A DNA stretch of 64,000 nucleotides from the human T2T-CHM13v2.0 reference genome, Homo sapiens: assembly GCF_009914755.1 (NCBI RefSeq), contig NC_060947.1; one strand, given 5' to 3'. Below the pieces are notes generated by a model. It was not told the origin of the DNA. It saw only the letters and a program-made list of their open reading frames with translations, and searched no databases. Position numbers and translations under genes: made by a program. Below are positions 1-10,568 of this stretch, piece after piece. The number at the start of each line of letters is the position of its first letter. Within the stretch, counting starts at the first letter, position 1.

Positions 1-3000
1 ATGTACCACATTTTCTTTATCCAGTCTACCCTTGATGGGCACTTAGGTTTATTCCATGCTTTGCTATCTATTGTGAATAGTGCGTGTGCCTTTATGGTAG
101 AATGACTTATATTCCTTTGGTTGCATACCCAATAATGGAATTGCTGGGTCGAATGGTGTATTAGTCTGTTTTCATGCTGCTGATAAAGACATACCTGAGA
201 CTGGGCAATTTTCAAAAGAAGAGGTTGAAAGGACTTACAGCTCCACGTGTTTTGGGAGGCTTCACAATCATGGCAGAAGGCAAGGAGGAGCAAGTCACAT
301 CTTACATAGATGGCAGCAGGCAGAGATGAGAGAGACCTTGCGCAGGGAAACTCCTCCTTATAAAACCATCAGATCTCGAGACTTATTCACTATCACGAGA
401 ATAGCACAGGAAAGACCTGCCCCCGTGACTCAATTACTTCCCACTGGATCTCTCCCACAACACATGGGAATTAAAGATAAGGTTTGGGTGGGGACACAGT
501 GAAACCATATCACATGGTAACTCTGTTCCTAGTTCCTTAAGAAATCACCAAACTGTTTTCCACAGTGGATGAACTAATTTATATTCCCACTAGCAGTTTA
601 TAAGCATTCCCATTCCTATACAACCTTGCCTGCATCTGCAATTTTTTGACTGTTTAGTAATAGCCATTTTGACTTGTGTGAAATGGTATCTCACTGTGGC
701 TTTTATTTGCATTTCTCTAATGATCAGTGATGTTCAGAATTTTTTCATGTTTGTTGGCCACGTGTATGTCTTCTTTGAAAAGTGTTCATGTCCTTTGCCT
801 ACTTTTTAATGGGGTTGTGCTTTGCTTGTTAATTTGTTGAAGTTCCTTATAGATTCTGGATATTATACCTTTGTTGGAGGCATAGTTTGCACATATTTTC
901 TCCCATTGTGCAGGTTGTCTGTTTACTCTCTTACTGTGCAGAAGCATGCCAGTTTAGTTAGTTCCTACTTATCAATTTTTGTTTTTGATGCCATGCTTAT
1001 AGTGTCTTTGTCATGAAGTCGTTACTGGGTCTTAAGTCCAGAATGGTATTTCCTGGGTTATCTTCCAAGGTTTTTATAGTTTTCATTTTTACATTTAACT
1101 TTTGAATCCATCTTGAGTTGATTTTTGTATATGGTGTAAGGAAGGGGTCGAGTTTCAAACTTCTGCATATGGCTAGCCAGTTATGCCTGTACCATTTATT
1201 GAATAGAGAGTCCTTTCCCCGTTGTTTTTGTCAACTTTGTCAAAGAGAAGATGGTTGTAGGTGTGTGGCATTATTTCTGGGCTCCATTTTGTTTTGTTGT
1301 TGGTCTATGTGTCTGTTTTTGTGGCGGTATCATATTGTTTTGGTTACTGTAGCCCTGCAGTATTGTTTGAAGTTGGTTAATGGGATCGCTCCAGCTTTGT
1401 GCTTTTTGCTTAGGATTGTTTGGGCTATTCTGGCCCTTTTTTGATTCCATATGAAATTTAAAATAGCTTTTTCTAATTCTGTGAAAAATGTCATTGGTGG
1501 TTTGCTAGGAATAACATTGAATCTTTAAATTGCTTTGAGGAGTGTGGCCGTTTTAACAATATTGATCCTTCCTACCCATGAGTGTGGAATATCTTTCCTT
1601 TTGTATCATCACTGATTTCTTTCCACAGTGTTTTTAAATTCTGTTGTAGAGATTTTTCACCTCTCTGGTTAGCTGTATTCTTAGGTATTTCATTGAATTT
1701 GTGTCTATTGTCAGTGAGTTCTTTTCTTGATTTGGCTATCAGCTTGGAGGTTTAGTGCGTAGAAATGCTACTGATTTTATATCCTGAAACTTTGCCTTAA
1801 GTTGTTTATCAGGTCTAGGAGCCTTTGGGCAGAGACTACGGGCTTTTCTAGGTATAGAATCATATTGTCTGTGAAGAGAATGAGTTTGTCTTCCTCTTTT
1901 CCTATCTGGATGCTTTTTATTTCTTTCTCTTGCCTGATTTTTGGGTCTAGGACTTCCAGTGTTATGTTGAACAGAAGTGGTAAGAGTGAGCATCCTTGTT
2001 TTTTTTCAGTGCACACATGTGGTGGTGGGAGAGGGCACACAAGTTCTGCCTGCAAGTGTGCCTACAATGTAATGGGGAAAGCTTCCAGCTTTTGTCTAAT
2101 TAGTATAATACTGGCTGTGTGTTTGTTATAGATGGCTCTTATTATTTTTACATATGCTCCTTTTATGCAATGTTTGTTAAGTTTTTAACATCAAGGGAGG
2201 TAGAATTTTACCGAAAGTGTTTGCTGCCTCTATTCAGAGGATCATGTGGTTTTTATTTCTAGCTCTGTTTATAAGATAAATTATATTTATTGATTTGCAT
2301 ATGTTGAACCACCACTGCAACCCAGGGATAAAGCCTACTTGATTGTGATGGATTACCTTTTTAATATGCCGCTGGATTTGGTTTGCTAGTATTTTGTTGA
2401 AGACTTGTGAATCTATGTTAATCAAGGATATTGGCCTGAAGGGTGGTTTCATTTGCTGTGTCTCTGCCAGGTTTTAGTATCAGGATGATGCTGGCCTCCT
2501 AGAATGAGTTAGGAAGGAGTCCCTCCTCCCCAATTTTTTGTAATAGTTTCAGTAGAAATTGCACCAACTCTTATTTATACGTCTGGTAGAATTTGGCTGT
2601 TTCTGTTTGGTCCTTTGTTGGTAGGCTTTTTATTACTGATTCAATTTTGAAAGTCAATATTGGTCTATTCAGTGATTCAGTTTCTTTCTGTCTCAGTCTT
2701 TGGAGGCTATATATTCCCAGGAATTTATCCATTTCTTCTAGGTTTTCTAGCTTATGTGCATAGAGGTGTTCATAGTAGTCACGGAGGCTTTCTGTATTTC
2801 TACTGTGTTTCTGATTGTGTTTATTGGGATTTTCTCCCTTTTTTTGTCTAGCTAGCAATCTACCTTATTTATTCTTTCTGAAAACAAACTCATGGACTCA
2901 ATCTTTAGTATGATTTTTCATGACTCAATTTTCTTTACTTCAGCTCTGATTTTGGATATTTGTTTTCTGTTGGCTTTGGGGTTTCTTTGCTGTTGTTTTT

Positions 3001-3960
3001 CTCATTCCTCTAGGTGTAATGTTAGGTTGTTATTTTGAGGTTTTTCTAACTTTTGAAGTAGGTATTAGTGCTATATTTCTTTCTTAACACTACTTTAGCT
3101 GTGTCCCAGAGATTCTGGTATATTGTATCCTTGTTTTCATTAGTTCCAAATAATTTCTTGATTTCTGCCCTAATTTCACTGTTCACCCAAAAGTCATTCA
3201 GGATTAGGTTGTTTAATTCCCATGTGATTGTATGATTCTGAGAGATTTTCTTAGTATTGATTTTTATTTTATTACAATGTAGTCTGTGAGGGTGGTTTGT
3301 ATCACTGCAGTTTTTTTTTAATTTGCTGAGGATTGTCTAATGTTCAGTTTTGTAGTTGATTTTAGAGTGTGTGCCACGTTCAGGTGAGAAGAATGTATAT
3401 TCTGTTGTTTTAAGGTGGAGAGTTCTATACATGTCTACTAGGCCCATTTGGTGAAGTGCTGAGTTTAGGCCCTGAATATTTTTGTTAGTTTTCTGTCTCA
3501 GTTTTCTGTCTAACACTGTCATTGTGCTGTTGAAGACTTCACCTCTTATTGTGTGGTTAACTAAGTCTCTTCATAGGTGTCTGAAAACTTGCTTTATGAA
3601 TCCCGATGCACCTGTGTTGGGTGCATTTTAGTATAGTTAGATATTCTTGCTTAACTGCATTCTTTATCGTTAATGCCATGCTCTTCTTTGCCTTTTTAAA
3701 TCATTGTTTAAAGTCATACTGTATGAAATTAGAATGGCAATCCCTGTTTTTTTTTTTCTGTTTTTTGTTTGCTTGGTAGATTTTTCTCCATCCCTCTACT
3801 TTGAATTTATGGGTGTCCCAATATGTGAGATGGGTCCCTGGAAGACACCATACAGTTGGTTCTTGCTTCTTTACTTTCCACTCTGTGCCTTTTAACTGGG
3901 GGCATTTAGCCCATTTACATTCAAGGTTAATATTGATATGTGTAGATTTGATCTTTTCAT
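1..3960 (-). pseudogene. Degenerate L1 ORF2 (endonuclease/reverse transcriptase) with many stops and frameshifts
   Basis: ATG at 3960-3958 is followed by an EN N-terminal ILTLNVNGLNAP-like sequence. RT fragments lie in ORFs 1777-2055 and 2234-2452, and linker-region fragments in 2571-2858. Confidence 0.88.
157..512 (-). mobile_element. THE1 (ERVL-MaLR) solo LTR inserted in L1 ORF2
   Basis: Minus strand starts TGATATGGTTTCACTGTGTCCCCACCCAAA and ends CAGACTAATACA. The 5-bp TSD is AATGG (152-156) / CATGG (513-517). Confidence 0.92.
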
Positions 3961-4371
3961 TGTGTTGTTAGCTGATTATTAAGCAGGCTTATTTGTTTGG
4001 CTGCTTTATAGTGTCAATGATCTATGTTCTTCAGTGTGTTTTTGTAGTGCCAATAATAGTCTTCCTTTCCATATTTAGCACTCTCTTCAAGACCTCTTGT
4101 AAGGCAAGTCTGGTGGTAACAAATTCCCTTAGCGTTTGCTTGTCCGAAAAGGATCTTATTTCCCAATCACTTACAAAGTTTAGTTTAGCTGGATATGAAA
4201 TTGTTGGTTGGAATTTCCTTTCTTTGAGAATGCTGAATTTAGGCCCCCAGTCTCTTCCAGATTCTAGGATTTCTGCTGAGATGTCCACTATTAGCCTGAT
4301 GGGGTTCTTTCTGTAGGTGAACCCTACAGAAATTGAATCTTTAAATTGCTTTCAAGCAATTTATAGCCATT

Positions 4372-4470
4372 CATGTTAGCCAGGATGGTCTCGATCTCCT
4401 GACCTCATGATCCGCCCGCCTCAGCCTCCAAAAGTGCTGGGATTACAGGCGTGAGCCACTGTGCCCGGCC
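4372..4470 (-). mobile_element. Alu fragment (first ~100 nt of left monomer, AluY/Sc-like)
   Basis: CATGTTAGCCAGGATGGTCTCGATCTCCTGACCTCATGATCCGCCCGCC...GTGCCCGGCC. It has no right arm, tail or TSD. Confidence 0.9.
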
Positions 4471-4570
4471 TTTTTTTTTTTTTTTTTACTATTTCTATCT
4501 TTCTCTTTCTTTCTCTCTTTGACTCCCTCTTTGTCTCTCTGCCTCTTTCTCTTCTCTGTCTCTCTCCTCT
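4471..4570 (-). repeat. Poly-T plus CT-rich segment resembling the GA-rich internal region of ERV1 (HERV9/HERV-W-like)
   Basis: Minus strand reads GAGACAAAGAGGGAGTCAAAGAGAGAAAGAAAGAGAAAGATAGAAATAGTAAAA. The family assignment is from memory. Confidence 0.5.
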
Positions 4571-7030
4571 CTGCCCCTTCTCTCTAGCTGCCTTTAACAT
4601 TTTTTTTCTTTCATTTTAACCAAGGAGAATGCGATGACTATATTTTCTTGAGATGGTTGTTTTGTATATCAATAGTATCTGGCAAGGGTTCTCTGCATTT
4701 CCTAAATTTGAATGTTGACCTCTCTAGCAAGATAGGGGAAATTTTTATGGGTGATATCCTGAAATATGTTTTTCAAGTTGATTGTTTTCTCTTTCAGAGA
4801 TGCCACTCTGACGTAGATTTGGTCTCTTTAGATAATCCCATATTTCTTAGAGGTTTCGTTCAGTCTTCTTTAATCTTTTTTTCTTTATTTTTGTCTGAAT
4901 GAGTTATTTTAGAGAATCAGCCTTCAAGGTCTGAGATTCTTTCCTCAGCTTGGTTGATTCTCTTAATTTTATTGGTTGATGATGAGAGTGGGTCATTCCT
5001 TGCCGTTTCACTCACCCCTGCCCCAGGAGTCACTAGCAGGCAGGAACAAATCCCAGTGCTTGGTAGCCCTGTGCAGGGTTTGCAGCTTCCTCCCCATTCA
5101 GCCCAGCATCTGTGTCCTGCCTCTATCCACTTTCAATTTTATAATTCGTTGATTCTCATAATTTTATTCTGAAATTTTTGAAGTAAGATTTTCAGCTCTT
5201 TCACATCAGTTTGATTCTTTCCTAAAATGGCCATTTTGTCTTTTATCTCCTGTATTATTTTGTTCAATTATTTCTTAGAATAATTGAATTGAGTTTCAAC
5301 TTTCTCCTGAATCTCGATGATCTTTGTTCCATATTCTGATAGAATTCCATATTCTGAATTCTATTTCTACCATGTCAGCCATTTCAGCCTGGTTAGAAAC
5401 CACTGCTGGGGAACTAGTGCAGTTGTTTGGAGGTAAGCAGATACTCTGTTGTTTTGAGTTGCCAGAGTTCTTGTGCTGGTTCTATCTCATCTCTGTGGGA
5501 TGATGTTCCTTCAATCTTTGAATTTGATGTCCTTTGGACGAGTCTTTTTTCTTCTTTTGCCTTTTCTGATGCCCTTTGGGGTTTCATTTTGGTATAAGGT
5601 GTATTCAGTTGACTGGCTGCCTTTCTGGAAGATTTCAGGGGGACAAGGCTCGGTTTAGCACTCCTGGGCTGCCTGCTCTAACACTGAGGGGTTGATGTTG
5701 GGCTCCCAGCTTTGTTCTCTGGCCCCTTGAGGTTAGAAGCATGCTATGCTGGCGGGGCTGAGATGTTCCCGGACTGTTCACTGCAGCAGTCAGATGTTTG
5801 GTGTCATCCAAAGTGCTTCATTGAGGCAGTGGCAGTGGGTTCCATTCTATTTTGCATGTCCCAACAGCAGCCACATGGCAGGGTGCAAGTGTGGTGTCTG
5901 GGGCAGGGTACTGGTGGGAGCAAGTCTGTGCCATTCCTGTGCACTTGCATACCAGCAGTGGTTGGGGGAGCAGGGGGCTGTTGGGCATGGGGCTGCTGGC
6001 CTCCATGCATGTATTTCAGCAAAAGTAGTGGTGGTTCAGTGGGGCTGATGCTGTCAGTCTCCAGTGCACATCTACAGTCATGGTGGCCATGCAGCAGGTG
6101 CAAGGTTGTCAGCATCTGTGTGTATATTTGTGCAGGCAATGACCACGCAGTCCAGGGGACAGGATGCGCTCATGCTGGCATCAGTGGTGAGACAGTGTTC
6201 GAGTGCACACATGTGGTGGTGGAAGAGGGCATGCAAGTTCTGCCTGTGAGTGTGCCTACAATGAGAGGGGGGTGTAAGGAAAAGTGGTTCAGTGGAGGCT
6301 GGGGGAATGGTAGGGGTGGGCTAGTATGCATTAACAGGGCCACTGTACTGGAGGTCTGACAGGTACATTTTGCTCTTGAAGAAGCTATGAGGGCCCCCAG
6401 GAAGCACCCCAGTTGAGTATCCAAGACTGTATTGTAAGTGGGCACTGCCAGGCTGGGGCCCTAGGGGAGGCCAGCAGATGGGGGTTCTCAGATCAGACTG
6501 CCCCTTTTCAAGGGCAAGACTGCCCTGCTCTGTACACGTCCAACAGCCCCCTAAAGAGTAAAGTCTCCTAGAACAGCATAGTGACACATGGGGAATGGGC
6601 ATCCCTGGTCATGCTCCACTGAAGGCATTTCTGCACCAAACTCTCTGGACCCTGCAGAGTCTGGAGTCTTTCCCCTACGACATCTCTAAGGAGCTCCCTG
6701 GAAGCTCAAGTATCTGTGGGGGTCATGGGGTCTCCTGGTGCCAAGATTTCAGTTGCTCATGATGAGAGTGGGTCATTCCTTGCCGTTTCACTCACCCCTG
6801 CCCCAGGAGTCACTAGCAGGCAGGAACAAGTCCCAGTGCTTGGTAGCCCTGTGCAGGGTTTGCAGCTTCCTCCCCATTCAGCCCAGCATCTGTGTCCTGC
6901 CTCTATCCACTTTCAATGCCTTCCCTCCAAATATCTGCTCTGAGTGTGTCAGTCTTCCCAACATCCCAGTCTCTCATGGACAGATGTTTCTCCTGGCTGC
7001 ATGTAGTCAGCCATCTTCAATCCCGCCTCC

Positions 7031-9541
7031 ACGTTTACTTTTAAAAGTTGCTAAATTTATCCCGTTATTGATTTCTAGTTTTATAGCATTACAGTCAGAA
7101 AAAGATACTTGATTTTGAATTTGATCTCCTTAAATTAGTTAAGACTTCTTTTGTGGCCTGTCATACAATCTATCCTGGAGAATCTTCTATGTGCAGTTAT
7201 GAAGAATGCATAGTCTATAGCTGTTGAATGGAATATTCTGTAACCATCTCTTAGGTTAGGTATATTTGGTGAAGAGTGCAGTTTAAATTCAATGTTTCTT
7301 TGTTGATTTTCTCTCTTATTTGTCCATTGTTGAAATTGGGCTGTTGAGGTACACTACTATAGTGCAGTCTATCTTTTCCTTTGGATGTATTAATATTTGC
7401 TTTATACATTAAAGTGCTCTAATGTTGAGTACATATTTAAAATTGTTCATTATTTTGCTGAATTGAACCCTTTATTACGATATAATGACCTTCTTTATCA
7501 CTTTTTACCATTTGTGACTTAATCTATTTTATCTGATATAATGTAGTTATTACTGCTTTCTTTTGGTTTCCATTTGCATGAAATGTATTTTTATAGTCTT
7601 TCAATTTCAGTCTATGGGTGTCCTTACAGGTGAAGTGAGTCACAGGCAGCATATAGTTAGGGTTTTTAAGAAAATTTTATTAAGCCACTTTATGTATTTT
7701 TAACTGGGTAATTAATCCATTTGCATTAATGGTGATATTTGATAAGGAAGGACTTACTAATGCCACTTTGTGAACTGCTTTCTAGTTGTTTTATTGATCT
7801 TCCTTTTTTTCTTCTCCTACGTTCTTCTCTGGTGGCTAAGTGATTTTTTCTCTAGGAATATTTTGATTTCTTGCTTTTTGTTTAGTGTATCTAACATAGC
7901 TTTTTGCTTTGTGTTAAACAGAAGAATTATAAAAAACATGTTATAATTATATGGGTTATTTTAAATTGATAAATTTGTTCACAAAAAAAAGAAAATAAAA
8001 ATACAGGAAAAATCTACCATTTAGTTTATCTTCCCCCAATTCTTAATGTTTAATATCACAATTTACATTTTTATATTGTATTTTTCTTAATGAATTAGAG
8101 TTATCTATGTTCTTAATAGTTTTGCCTTTTTACCTTCGTACTAAAGATGTGATTTGTACACCACCATTACATTATTAGAGTATCCAGAATTTGATTGTGT
8201 AATTTATTTTTTCCAGTGAGTTATATACTTTCAGATGTTTCTGGTGTACTTATTACTGTCCTTTTATTTCATCTTGAAGAATTCCCTTTAGCATTTCATG
8301 TAAGATAATTGTGGTGGTAAATAATTTCCTCGCCTTTCATTGGGGAAATTGACTGGTGAGAACTGTAAGCCCATTACCACTTCAGCTGTGACAGCTCTAA
8401 AGGGAAATGTAATCCCAGGACCACCACAGTCGGAATCCTTTGGCCTCCAAGGGTAACACAGTGCTGGATTGCACCTAAAGCCAATGACCACCTAGACCTG
8501 TGCAGCACTGGGACATGCCCAAGGCCTACTGCTGCTATGGCTTGCCTACCACTGAGGGTTATTCAGGGCTGGAGGCTGCTGTAGTTACCTGGTGGTAATG
8601 TGGGCTGGATCTTGAATTCTTCTTGCCAGGGCCACTGGTTTCATTATGGCCCAGGGCTGGGCCTAGAGGCTTCATCTTTGGCCACGGGGTTCTGCTCAGT
8701 ACTCAGCTTTACTGAGGTGGGCCCCAGGCCTGTGTTGTGAGGCAAAGTGTTATGCTTGCTTTTCTCTCCTCTCTTCAAGTCAAAGGTGTCTATTTATGTG
8801 CTGTTCTTCCTGGAGTTTGGGGATAGTCAACATAGTTAATACCATGGCCACCAACGCTGATGTAATGTTGGGTCTCATCCAAAACCCACTGCCACTGAGA
8901 GCTGTGCAGCACTGGGGCATGTCTAAGGCCCGCAGGTGCTATGGCTGCCACTGAGGTTTCTTCGGGGCTTGAGGTAACTGCAGTTGGTCAGTGATGATGC
9001 AGGCAAGAACAAGAGTCTATATAGCCAGGGTTACAGGTTCTTTTCTGATGCCAGGGAGGGTCTAGAAGCTCCATTTGCAGGTATCAGCCTGGCGTCAGGA
9101 GCCTAAGGGTTCTGCCCAGTACCGTGTTTAACTGTGTTGGGCTCAGTACTTTGTTCCAAACCAAGGTCCTCTTTCTTCCCCCAAGCAGATATTGACTCTC
9201 TCTTCACTCTGCTGCTGTGGGTTGGTGAAAGAGTGATTCCGGTAATGTAAACCTGTCCTTGTAGGTTCTTCAGTGCTTCTTTTCTTCTTATTATTATGCT
9301 ACAACCAGGAACATTGCCATTGATATATTCTTGAAAATTGCCACTTTAAGAGAAAAGACGTACAGCAGGTTCTGGAATAACATTGTTTCATTCAACATTA
9401 TTTTGCTATAACACTGATGAAGAAAAAAAAATGGATTTCCTGAATTCTTATGAAGGTTTTCTGGTGCGTGGATAGTTGTTCAGATTGATGTTTCTTTGGG
9501 GGAACAATCCCTGGAGAAGTTTACTTCACCATCTTGTCCAG
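7031..9541 (-). mobile_element. Older L1M fragment (ORF2 endonuclease region, intergenic spacer, 5'UTR; most of ORF1 missing)
   Basis: TTATTGATTTCTAGTTTTATAGCATTACAGTCAGAAAAAGATACTTGAT is typical antisense L1M ORF2. The GC-rich UTR at 8350-9300 has two ~400-bp diverged monomers (TGTGCAGCACTGGG at ~8499 and ~8903). It ends near CACCATCTTG at ~9537. Confidence 0.78.
9310..9441 (+). mobile_element. MER6-family (MER6A/B-like) internal fragment
   Basis: ACTTTAAGAGAAAAGACGTACAGCAGGTTCTGGAATAACATTGTTTCATTCAACATT...TATAACACTGATGAAGAAAAAAAAATGGAT. It is homologous to both ends of the MER6 at 27026-28190. Confidence 0.7.
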
Positions 9542-10103
9542 CTTTTTGGTATAGGAATTATTAAAGATTGAATAATAAGTGTGTAAAAATCCATAACAAA
9601 TATAGATTAGCATAAATAAAAAAATACGGAGTTTGAAGTTTTAGCTTCCATAGAAGAGCTATTATCAATTTCTATTAAATTATCACCCAGTCTGAAATGA
9701 AGTTTTGAGTTACCGTTGGTAAATGGCTTGCCTATTCCAATAAGTATTTGCATTTTGGAAACAGGTTATAACAAAAAGTAACTCATGCACAGTTTGTCTA
9801 CCAGCCCATCTGGGAATTTAGAAGTTTATTTCTCATTACTGCCAAGGTTGGTATTCAAAGCTGGTAATAAATGAAGAAACAGTGGACATCAGGCTCAGAA
9901 AGATTCACTCCTGAAATTAAGTAGTTATCTGGACAAAGAGAATGTATTTCATTTGTTGCTTTCTTTGCTTTTTTCTATTTTACAAACTATACTAGGAGAT
10001 CAGATGGATCTTTAAATAGATAAGGTTTAATGGTCATAAAAAGGGCAAACTTAGCTACCATTTTACCTGCTGGCTGCTTACCTTTTTAAAAATCAGCTAA
10101 GTG

Positions 10104-10246
10104 GATAGCATTAGGAGAAATACCTAAGGTAGATGATGGGTTGATGGGTTGATGGGTGCAGCAAACCACCATGGCACATGTATACCTATGTAACAAACCT
10201 GCACATTCGGCACATGTATCCCGGAACTTAAATAAAAAAAAAAAAA
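10104..10246 (+). mobile_element. 5'-truncated L1PA (L1PA6/7-like) 3' end with poly(A)
   Basis: GATAGCATTAGGAGAAATACCTAA...CAGCAAACCACCATGGCACATGTATACCTATGTAACAAACCTGCAC...ACTTAAATAAAAAAAA. Confidence 0.93.
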
Positions 10247-10462
10247 GAAGTGTAGGCTCATTTCAAGATACATTTCTCCTAATTGCATTTCGGAGGAAAT
10301 GTTTTTCAGAGCAGCTCTTTTAGAGAAGGCCAAAGTCCAAGTATAGGAAATCTTAAATGCACTTAGATGATCCTCATTGCTTCTTAGAATGGAAAAATAA
10401 ATATGACTGATTGATTAAGGGAAGAATTTGGCTTTCCTTCAAGGAATAAGTAGGTAGTAAAA
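10247..10462 (+). other. L1 3'-transduced unique sequence
   Basis: It lies between the L1 poly(A) and a second A-run, inside a perfect 16-bp TSD AAAAATCAGCTAAGTG (10088-10103 and 10463-10478). Confidence 0.85.
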
Positions 10463-10513
10463 AAAAATCAGCTAAGTGTGATATTTTTCCATTTAAAATC
10501 ATTTATGAAACTG

Positions 10514-10568
10514 ATTTTATAGTAAACTGTTATTATTTTGTTATTTTATAGTAAACTGTTATTATTTT
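10514..10568. repeat. 29-bp period tandem duplication
   Basis: ATTTTATAGTAAACTGTTATTATTTT occurs twice. Confidence 0.85.

Larger units (their letters stand above)
4031..5490 (-). pseudogene. Degenerate L1 ORF1, interrupted by two insertions
   Basis: The C-terminal ORF is at 4031-4288 and an ORF1-like start (ATGAGATAGAACCAGCACAAGAACTCTGGCAAC) is at 5490. Length is ~1.0 kb after removing the inserts. Confidence 0.8.
1..7030 (-). mobile_element. Near full-length old primate LINE-1 (L1PA13-L1PA16-like), 3' end outside the window
   Basis: Minus-strand ORF fragments match L1 ORF2 ([33 protein letters not shown]; [13 protein letters not shown]; [20 protein letters not shown]) and the ORF1 C-terminus (FQPTISYPAKLNF..LREFVTTRLALQE). 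A GC-rich 5'UTR at ~5600-7030 begins, on the minus strand, GGAGGCGGGATTGAAGATGGCTGACTA. Confidence 0.93.

Noticed and set aside
5712-6602. Cluster of long overlapping ORFs (up to 215 aa)
   Set aside because: They lie in the GC-rich L1 5'UTR, are Cys/Gly/Pro-rich and have no recognisable domain. Stop-poor composition explains them.
8499-9160. Two ~400-bp diverged direct repeats
   Set aside because: Consistent with the monomer structure of an old L1M 5'UTR, not a separate system.
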